Below are positions 31,273-38,548 of a stretch of 64,000 nt of DNA, one piece after another. Each line of letters begins with the position of its first letter. The first letter of the stretch is position 1. This DNA comes from Burkholderiales bacterium (lineage in GTDB: Bacteria; Pseudomonadota; Gammaproteobacteria; Burkholderiales; JAEUOS01). The notes beneath the pieces were generated by a model. The model made no database searches, was not told the DNA's origin, and worked only from the letters and a program-made list of their open reading frames with translations. The translations under genes and the position numbers were made by a program. The stretch is from contig JAEUOS010000081.1 of NCBI GenBank assembly GCA_016790695.1, positions 33,169 to 97,168 of the forward strand. Reading direction: 5' to 3'.

Positions 31273-32280
31273 TCAGCGTCCCAGCGCGGCGCGAACCTCG
31301 CGGACCAGCGCGGCGCCGTTGGCGCCGTGCTCATCGCCCCAGGCGCTCCAGTACGGGCGCATGCGCTCGACCAGCTTGTCGACCTCCTCCCTGGGCGGGG
31401 TGAAGATGTCGACGCCGTGCTTGGTGCGCAGCGTCTCGAGATCGCGCAGCTCGTCGGCGGCATTCTGCCGCGTCATGCGCGGCCCCCATTCCGCCGCAAC
31501 CGCGTCGAGCGCCGCGCGTACCGGCGGCGCCAGCTTGTTGTACGCGGCCAGGTTGACCAGAACGTAGTCGGGCCCACCGACATGGATGTTCGGCATGTAG
31601 GCCCACTTGACGAATTCGTACCACTTCGCGCCCATGACGTTGAAGCCGGCCGTGATGAAGCCGTCGACCACGCCGCGCTCGACCGCGACCGGCACCTCGG
31701 CCAGGGTCAGCGAGACCGACGCGGCCCCGAGGCGCTTGAGCATCTCGTTCTGCTTGCCGTCGGTGGTGCGGAACTTGCGCCCGGCGAAGTCCTCGAGGCG
31801 CTTGACCTGCGCGCCGCGCCCGTAGAGATTCTGCTGCGGCCATTCGAAATAGAACAGGGTCTTGACGCCGGCCTTCTGGAACTCCGGCTCGGCATACTTC
31901 TGAATGATCGGCCAGATCCTGTTGAGTTCGTCGGTGGTGCGCACCAGGAAGGGCAGATTGGCCACCGACGCCAGCGGCACGGCGCCGGAGATGAAGCCGG
32001 AATAGCCCTCGCCGAGCTGAACCTGGCCCAGGCCGGTGGCGCGCACGACCTCATTGGCCTTGAACGGGAACTCGCCCGCCGGACGCACGGTGATGTTCAG
32101 CTGGCCGTTGGTGCGCTTCCTGACCTCATCGGCAAATTCCTTCAGGCGCAGGGTGATCGGATGCGTCGCCCCGGGAAAGGCAAACATGTCCCATTGCTGG
32201 ACCTGCGCCTGCGCAAGATTGGCGACCGGCAACGCCGCCAGAGAGACCAACAGGCACGCCATGCGTCGCAGTAAGCTCAT
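31273..32280 (-). CDS. dctP: TRAP transporter substrate-binding protein (DctP family)
   Basis: Signal peptide MSLLRRMACLLVSLAALPVANLAQA; 335 aa; first gene of a P-Q-M operon. Confidence 0.88.
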   Translation of the reverse strand: MSLLRRMACLLVSLAALPVANLAQAQVQQWDMFAFPGATHPITLRLKEFADEVRKRTNGQLNITVRPAGEFPFKANEVVRATGLGQVQLGEGYSGFISGAVPLASVANLPFLVRTTDELNRIWPIIQKYAEPEFQKAGVKTLFYFEWPQQNLYGRGAQVKRLEDFAGRKFRTTDGKQNEMLKRLGAASVSLTLAEVPVAVERGVVDGFITAGFNVMGAKWYEFVKWAYMPNIHVGGPDYVLVNLAAYNKLAPPVRAALDAVAAEWGPRMTRQNAADELRDLETLRTKHGVDIFTPPREEVDKLVERMRPYWSAWGDEHGANGAALVREVRAALGR

Positions 32281-32418
32281 CGTCCCGCTCCTCGTTTGTC
32301 ATTCGTCCGGAAGTCCGCCCGTGCCCGACGCCGCGCCGCGGCTGCGCGCGCTGCGCCCTTCTGCACGTCGCTTGAAGATCGCGCGCCGGCTACGTTATCA
32401 TGATTCCGCGATCCGCAG

Positions 32419-32438
32419 CCATTCGACATACAGAATGG
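32419..32438. promoter_or_regulatory. Inverted repeat CCATTC-N8-GAATGG in the divergent dctP / selenoprotein-operon promoter region
   Basis: Read directly in the only AT-rich patch of the 194-bp intergenic region, about 37 nt upstream of the ATG at 32475. Confidence 0.3.
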
Positions 32439-32474
32439 TATTTTCATGCATTGAATCTTGGAAGGAAGCATGCC

Positions 32475-34205
32475 ATGACGTCGAACGCCTATCAAGTGGT
32501 CTGGCCGCGCAGCGCGAAGAGCGTCACCGTCAAGCCGCTCGCCCCGCGCCTGGACGCGCTTCAGGGCAAGACGATCGGCTTCGTCTGGGACTACCTGTTC
32601 CGCGGCGACGAGATCTGGCCCGCGCTCAAGGAGGCACTCGCGGCACGCTTTCCCGGCATGCGCTTCGTCGACTACGAGACCTTCGGCTCCACCCACGGCG
32701 AGGACGAGCACCAGGTTCTCGCGAACATGCCGACGCTCATTCGCGAGCAGCGGATCGACGCGATCGTCTCCGGGATGGGCTGCTGAGGGAGCTGCACGCC
32801 CGCCGTGCTGCGGGCGAGTGCGGTTGCCGAACTGGCCGGCGTGCCGACGGCATCGCTGTGCTGCGAGGGCTTCGTGGGGCAGGCGCGCTCGACGTCCGAG
32901 GGCCTGGGCTTCCCCAACCTGCAGGTGGCCCGCGTCCCGGGCCATGTCGACGTCCAGTCGGCCGAAGAGTTGCGCGCCAACGTGCTGGCGGTGACCGTCG
33001 ACGACGTCATCCGCTGCCTCACCGCGCCCGTCGCCGCGGTCACGCTGGGCCGCGACCCGGGACCGCGCGAGATCGTCTTCTCCGGCAGCTTCGAGGACGT
33101 CAACCGCTTCTTCCTCGAGAACCGCTGGAGCGACGGCCTGCCGATCGTCCCGCCCACCCCCGAGAAGATCGCCGAGTTCCTGGCCTTCACCGACCGCGAC
33201 CCCGATGAAGTCCTGGGCAAGCTGCTGCCGGACAACCGCGAGGCGACCATCTGGAACATCGCCGTGAACGGCGTGATGGCCGGCTGCCGCCCCGAGTACA
33301 TGCCGGTGCTCGTCGCCGCGGTCGAGGCGATGGCCGACCCCGTGTACGGCGTCGAGCACAGCGGCAACACGCCGGGGTCCGAGACCCTGATCGTTCTCAA
33401 CGGACCGATCGCGCGCGAACTCGGCTTCAACTACGAGCAGGGTGCGCTGCGCGACGGCTTCCAGCCGAACACGACCATCGGCCGGTTCTGGCGCCTGTAT
33501 CTGCGCAACGTCGCCGGCTTCCTCCTGCACCACAACGACAAGGGCACGTTCGGGGGCACCTGGCGCGTGGTCCTGGCCGAGAACGAGGAGGTGCTGCGCC
33601 GCATCGGCTGGCCGACCGTCGCCGGCGACATGGGCGCGCCGGAACGGGCCAACGCCGTGACCGTCTCGCGCTTCACCGGCTCCAACGTGGTCGCCTCGGT
33701 GTTCGGCGACACCGCGGAGAAGTGCCTGCCCTACCTCGCCGACGCGCTGGTCTCGCACACGACCTGGGAGGTGATCTTCACGGTCGGCATGTCGACCGGC
33801 ATGTACCGCCCGATGCTGATCCTGAGCCCGGTGATCGCGGAGACCATCGCCAAGTCGGGCATGTCCAAGGCGGACGTGCAGCGCTGGCTGTTCGAGAACG
33901 CGCGGATGCCGGCGCAGCGCTTCGAGCGCTACATGTCGGGCTGGACCAACCTCATTCCCGGCAAGCGCTCGCTGCTCGAGCTGGCGCGGCTCGGCAAGGC
34001 GCCGCGCGCGTTCGGCGCCTCCGGCGACCCGCAGCGCCTGGTGCCGATCGTCGGCAAGCCCGAGGACTTCATGATCGCCGTCAGCGGCGACCCGTTGCGC
34101 TCGAACTGCTATGTCCTGGTCCACAACGGCATCCTCGGCTATCCGACCATGAAGCAGGTGATGCTGCCGGCAGCCTGGCAGGACAAGCTCGCGCGCGCGT
34201 CCTGA
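32475..34205 (+). CDS. Putative selenoprotein: UGSC-type redox domain (Sec at codon 104, TGA 32784-32786) fused to a domain of unknown function of about 385 aa
   Basis: Track ORFs 32400-32786 and 32805-34205 share one frame and are split only by one TGA. Read-through gives GMGC-U-GSCTPAV. SD GGAAGGAAG precedes the ATG at 32475. There is no SD before the GTG at 32805. A SECIS-like hairpin lies just 3' of the TGA. Confidence 0.7.
32790..32825 (+). other. SECIS-like stem-loop immediately downstream of the in-frame UGA
   Basis: 5'-AGCUGCACGCCCGC[CGUGCU]GCGGGC(GA)GUGCGGUU-3'. 14 bp (two G-U pairs), a 2-nt 3' bulge and a 6-nt apical loop. The loop G-U falls at +22/+23 counting the U of UGA as +1. 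Confidence 0.55.
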
Positions 34206-34218
34206 GCGGAGCACCCGG

Positions 34219-35466
34219 TTGCCAATGACCGAAGAACGCGCCTGGATCCTCAATCCGGCGGGTCAGCAGGGCAGCGGCCAGTGGATCGACGACACCCTGG
34301 CCGAGCGGGTGCGCGAGGCCGGCATGACGGCGCGCACGCCGCTGGTCGGGAGGTTTCCGCGCACCCGGGTCGAGGCGGTCCCCGCCGACGATCTCGATGC
34401 CCGCGTCACGGCGCTGTTCCAGGCGCGCGGCTGGACCGACGGACTGCCGGTGGTCGCGCCGACGACGGCGCGCGTCCGCCGCATGCTGCGCTTCACGCGC
34501 CACAGCCCCGATCACAGCCTCGGCGACGTCGATCCCCTGAAGGGACTGGCGACCATCGAAAAGATCGCGGCCAACGCGGTCATGGCGGGGTGCCTGCCGT
34601 CCTACCTGCCGGTGGTCGTCGCGGCGGTCGAGGCGATACTCGACGCCGACTTCAACCTGCGCGGCGTGCAGACCACCGACGAGAACGTCGCGCCGCTGCT
34701 GGTGGTCAACGGTCCGGTGGCCGATGCGCTCGGCATCAACGCCGGGTTCGGCGCGCTCGGTCCCGGCTGGCGCGCCAATGCCAGCATCGGCCGCGCGGTC
34801 CGCCTCGTCATGAACAACCTCGGCGGCGGCTGGCCCGGAACCGTGTCCTTCGCCGGGTTGGCCCAGCCCGGCCGCTACAGCCTGTGCCTCGCGGAGAACA
34901 CGGCCGAGAGTCCGTGGGAGCCGCTGCACGTCGAGGCCGGATTCGCGGCCGCCGCCAGCGTGGTCACGGTGATGCGCGCGGAGTCGGTGATCAACGTCAC
35001 CGGCGGCCTGGCCGAGATCGCCAGCGTGATGGGAACGGCCGCATCGGCATTCGCGGCGATGTGGAGCGGTCGCTCCACGGTGATCGTCTCGCCCGCGCTG
35101 GCTGCCGCACTCGCCGCCGAGGGAATGAGCAAGGCCGCGGTCAAGGCATGGCTGTTCGCGCATGGCCGCTGGCCGTCCGACGGCTGGCGCGCGTCCTGGC
35201 TGTTCAAGACCGTGGGTGGCATCGAGCGCTGGCCGGCGGCAGTCCGCGATGCCGCGGCTGCCGGTGCCGTCCCCGTCGCCGCCTGCGCCGACGATCTCGT
35301 GCTGGTCGTCGCCGGCGGCAACGTTCCGATCGCGCAGCACGCCTACTGCCCCGCCTGGGGTTTTCCGCCGGCGCGCATCAGCCGCGCCATCGACCTGCCC
35401 GAGAATTGGGATGAACTGCTCGCCGAGGAACAGATGACGCACATGCGCATGCTGGGCAACCAATGA
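34219..35466 (+). CDS. Protein of unknown function, paralog of the C-terminal domain of the preceding selenoprotein
   Basis: Shares WTDGLPVVAPT (vs WSDGLPIVPPT), NAVMAGCLPSYLPVVVAAVEA (vs NGVMAGCRPEYMPVLVAAVEA) and LVVNGP (vs IVLNGP). The start is either the TTG at 34219 (GGAG 8 nt upstream) or the ATG at 34225. Confidence 0.8.
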   Translation: MPMTEERAWILNPAGQQGSGQWIDDTLAERVREAGMTARTPLVGRFPRTRVEAVPADDLDARVTALFQARGWTDGLPVVAPTTARVRRMLRFTRHSPDHSLGDVDPLKGLATIEKIAANAVMAGCLPSYLPVVVAAVEAILDADFNLRGVQTTDENVAPLLVVNGPVADALGINAGFGALGPGWRANASIGRAVRLVMNNLGGGWPGTVSFAGLAQPGRYSLCLAENTAESPWEPLHVEAGFAAAASVVTVMRAESVINVTGGLAEIASVMGTAASAFAAMWSGRSTVIVSPALAAALAAEGMSKAAVKAWLFAHGRWPSDGWRASWLFKTVGGIERWPAAVRDAAAAGAVPVAACADDLVLVVAGGNVPIAQHAYCPAWGFPPARISRAIDLPENWDELLAEEQMTHMRMLGNQ

Positions 35467-36389
35467 AGACCGGCTCGTGCGAACTGGCCGTGGTGGGCGG
35501 CGGCATCACCGCGCTGACCGCGGCCTGGCATGCGGCGCTGGACGGCTGCCAGGTGATGCTGCTCGCCGGCGACGATCTGCCGGGCGGCCTGGTGGCCAAT
35601 ATCGGCGCCGTCGACGGCTTTCCCGGCAGCGCACCGGTCGCCGGGATGGCGATGGCGGAGCGGCTCATGCAGGGCATCGTCGCGCACGGCGGCATCATCG
35701 AGCGCAGCGTCGCCGAAGGCATCGACGCCGCCAGTGGCGGTCTGGTGCTGCGCACTGCCACGGCACGCTGGCGCGCCGGCAAGGTCATCGCCGCGACCGG
35801 CGCGCGCCTGGCCGCGCTCGACGTCCCCGGCGCCGCGGCGCTGCGCGACAAGGGGGTGCTGCAATGCGCGTGGTGCAATGCCGGGCTGTATCGCGGTCGC
35901 CGGGTGGTGGTGATCGGCGCGGGGGATGCGGCCTTCCAGGAAACCCTGCACCTGGCCGGCTGCGGCGCGAAGGTCACCATGGTCATCCGCGGCGAGGCGG
36001 TTCGCGCCCGCCGGTCGCTGGTGGAACAGGCCGCCGCCAACGAGGCGATCACGTTCCTCTGGTCGACCGAGGTGACCGAAGTCATCGGCACCGACCATGT
36101 GACCGGCGTCGCGCTGCGCGAACACGGCAGCGGCGAGACCTCGTCGCTCGACTGCGACGCCGTGTTTCCGTACATCGGCCTGGTGCCGGCGGGCGCCTGG
36201 CTCGGCGACCTGGTCGAGACCGGGCCCGCGGGCGCGGTGATCACCGACGCACGCCTGCGCACGCGCACCAGCGGCCTGTTCGCGGCCGGTGCGGTCCGCC
36301 AGGGGTACGGCGGCCGGCTCACCGACGCGGTGGGCGAAGCGACCCTGGCCGCGCGCGAAGCCTGCGCCGCGCTGGCCGGCAACCCGTAG
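35463..36389 (+). CDS. Thioredoxin-reductase-family FAD/NAD(P)H flavoprotein with CAWC redox motif
   Basis: ATGA overlap with the upstream gene. FAD motif VVGGGITALTAA, redox centre QCAWCNAGLYRGRRVVVIGAGDAAFQE (TrxB has CATCDG...GGGNSA), and C-terminal GLFAAGAVR. Confidence 0.85.
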   Translation: MKTGSCELAVVGGGITALTAAWHAALDGCQVMLLAGDDLPGGLVANIGAVDGFPGSAPVAGMAMAERLMQGIVAHGGIIERSVAEGIDAASGGLVLRTATARWRAGKVIAATGARLAALDVPGAAALRDKGVLQCAWCNAGLYRGRRVVVIGAGDAAFQETLHLAGCGAKVTMVIRGEAVRARRSLVEQAAANEAITFLWSTEVTEVIGTDHVTGVALREHGSGETSSLDCDAVFPYIGLVPAGAWLGDLVETGPAGAVITDARLRTRTSGLFAAGAVRQGYGGRLTDAVGEATLAAREACAALAGNP

Positions 36390-36415
36390 CACACACAACG
36401 ACGAAGGGGATCAGC

Positions 36416-37171
36416 ATGCGCGACTATCTTGCCTGGCGAATGGCCTTTGGCGTGACCACGCCGTCGACCAACACCGTGGTGCAGCCCGAGTACGACGACA
36501 TGCGCCCGCCGGGCGTGACCAATCACCTCGGCCGCATGGCGATACCGGACATTCCGATCGCCAACAACGCCGACTTCGATCGCTCCATCGAGCTGATCGA
36601 CGCCGCGCTCGAGGGCGCGGTGGCGCGCGTGATGGACGCCAAGCCGAACGCCTTCATCCTCGGCATCTCCGCACTGGCCGTCTGGGGCGGCACGCCGGCC
36701 TGGGGGGACGAGCTCAAGGCGCGCATCCGCAAGGTCGCCGGCTGGGAGATTCCGGTGGCGCTGGCCACCGACGCGGTCGTCGCCGGGCTGCGCGCACACG
36801 GCGTCAAGCGCCGCATCGCCATCATGGAGCCGTACTATCCGTCGATCGAAAAGCGCATGGAGGGCGTGTTCGGGCCGTTCGGCTACGAGATCGTGCGCTA
36901 CAACCACATGCGGGGCAAGAGTCCGGCCTCGTACTCGATCCTGACCGCGCGCGACATGATCGACGCGATGCGGGCGATCGACGGGCCGGACATCGAGGCG
37001 ATCGTCCAGTTCGGCGCCAACCTGCCGATGGCGCGCCTGGCCGACGAGGCCGAGCGCTGGCTCGACAAGCCGGTGATCAGCATCAACGTCGCCACCTACT
37101 GGCACGCGCTGCGCATGAACGGCATCGCCGACAAGCGCTACGGGTTCACGCAGCTCATGTCGCGCTTCTAG
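36416..37171 (+). CDS. Asp/Glu/hydantoin racemase-superfamily protein (maleate isomerase / arylmalonate decarboxylase-like), cysteine-free
   Basis: FGVTTPSTNTVVQPEYDDM...IVQFGANLPMARL...PVISINVATYWHALR pattern. SD GAAGGGGA lies before the ATG. The 251-aa translation contains no Cys. Confidence 0.75.
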   Translation: MRDYLAWRMAFGVTTPSTNTVVQPEYDDMRPPGVTNHLGRMAIPDIPIANNADFDRSIELIDAALEGAVARVMDAKPNAFILGISALAVWGGTPAWGDELKARIRKVAGWEIPVALATDAVVAGLRAHGVKRRIAIMEPYYPSIEKRMEGVFGPFGYEIVRYNHMRGKSPASYSILTARDMIDAMRAIDGPDIEAIVQFGANLPMARLADEAERWLDKPVISINVATYWHALRMNGIADKRYGFTQLMSRF

Positions 37172-37200
37172 CGACCGCGGCCGGCGGCCGCGCCGGGTCC

Positions 37201-37228
37201 GACGGCGCCGGCAGCGGCCGGCACCGTC
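37201..37228. terminator. GC-rich hairpin in the convergent intergenic region (possible terminator)
   Basis: GACGGCGCCGGC-AGCG-GCCGGCACCGUC: 12 paired positions with one mismatch, directly 3' of the coxS-like stop. No U-tract. Confidence 0.3.
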
Positions 37229-37234
37229 GCGGCG

Positions 37235-37702
<468 letters not shown>

Positions 37703-37727
37703 GGCGTGCTCTGGAATCCGTAGGTGG

Positions 37728-38528
37728 TCAGCCGGTGATTTTCTGGACCGCGCGGCGGGTCATCACGCCGGCCAGGTGGGCCCGATAGTCGGCGCCCGCG
37801 TGCAGGTCGGCGATGCAGGTGCCCTCGTCGACCGCCAGACCATCGAGCGCAGCGGCGCTGAACGACTTGGCCAGCGCGGTCTCGGCGGCCTTCCAGCGGA
37901 AGACCCCGGATGCGCCGGCGCCGGTGATCGCGACGCGCACCCCGGCACCGGTGTCGGCGACGAAGGCCCCGGCCATCGCGTAGCCGGAGGCCGGATGGTG
38001 GAACTTGCAGTACGCCGCGCGCTTCGGGCAGGGGAAGCGGATCGCCTTGATGATCTCGCCGTCCTCCAGCGCGGTCGAGAACATGCCCTGGAAGTAGTCG
38101 TCGGCCGCGATCTCGCGGCGCGAGGTGATCACCGTCGCATTCAGGCCGAGCACCGCCGACGGATAGTCGGCCGCCGGGTCGTTGTTCGCGACCGAGCCGC
38201 CGAGGGTGCCGCGGTTGCGCACCTGCTGGTCGCCGATCTCGAGGGCCAGCGCGGCGAGCGCGGGGATTGCCGCCCGCACCTCGGCCGAGGCGGCGACCTC
38301 GGCATGGCGGGTCATCGCGCCGATGGTGACCGTCGCGCCGGACACCGTGATGCCGCGGAGCTCCGCGATGCGGCCGATGTCGATCACGTGCGACGGCTGC
38401 GCCAGCCGCGCCTTGAGCGTCGGAATGAAGGTCTGCCCGCCGGCGAGCAGTTTCGCTTCCGGGTTCTTGGCCAGCAGCGCGCCGGCTTCGGCGACGCTGC
38501 CGGCGCGCAGGTATTCGAATGCGTACAT
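37728..38528 (-). CDS. Molybdo-hydroxylase medium subunit, FAD-binding (CoxM-like)
   Basis: MYAFEYLRAGSVAEA...LLAGGQTFIPTLK...RNRGTLGGSVANNDPAADYP; 266 aa. Confidence 0.9.
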   Translation of the reverse strand: MYAFEYLRAGSVAEAGALLAKNPEAKLLAGGQTFIPTLKARLAQPSHVIDIGRIAELRGITVSGATVTIGAMTRHAEVAASAEVRAAIPALAALALEIGDQQVRNRGTLGGSVANNDPAADYPSAVLGLNATVITSRREIAADDYFQGMFSTALEDGEIIKAIRFPCPKRAAYCKFHHPASGYAMAGAFVADTGAGVRVAITGAGASGVFRWKAAETALAKSFSAAALDGLAVDEGTCIADLHAGADYRAHLAGVMTRRAVQKITG

Positions 38529-38548
38529 CGTCTCTCCTTGTCGAACGG

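Noticed and set aside
32400-32474. Upstream ATG at 32400 as start of the selenoprotein gene
   Set aside because: The ATG at 32475 is preceded by GGAAGGAAG at good spacing. The 25 extra residues (MIPRSAAIRHTEWYFHALNLGRKHA) lie in the AT-rich promoter patch and lack coding bias.
32805-34205. Treating the GTG at 32805 as an independent start, with the TGA at 32784 as a genuine stop (two separate genes, or a pseudogene)
   Set aside because: The two parts share one frame with only one stop between them. There is no SD before the GTG, which lies in a hairpin loop. The stop falls inside a C-x-G-S-C motif that matches a known Sec/Cys family name, and the sequence immediately after it still looks like the same domain. 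A real stop or a sequencing error cannot be excluded without genome-wide sel gene data, so it is kept as a finding rather than a certainty.
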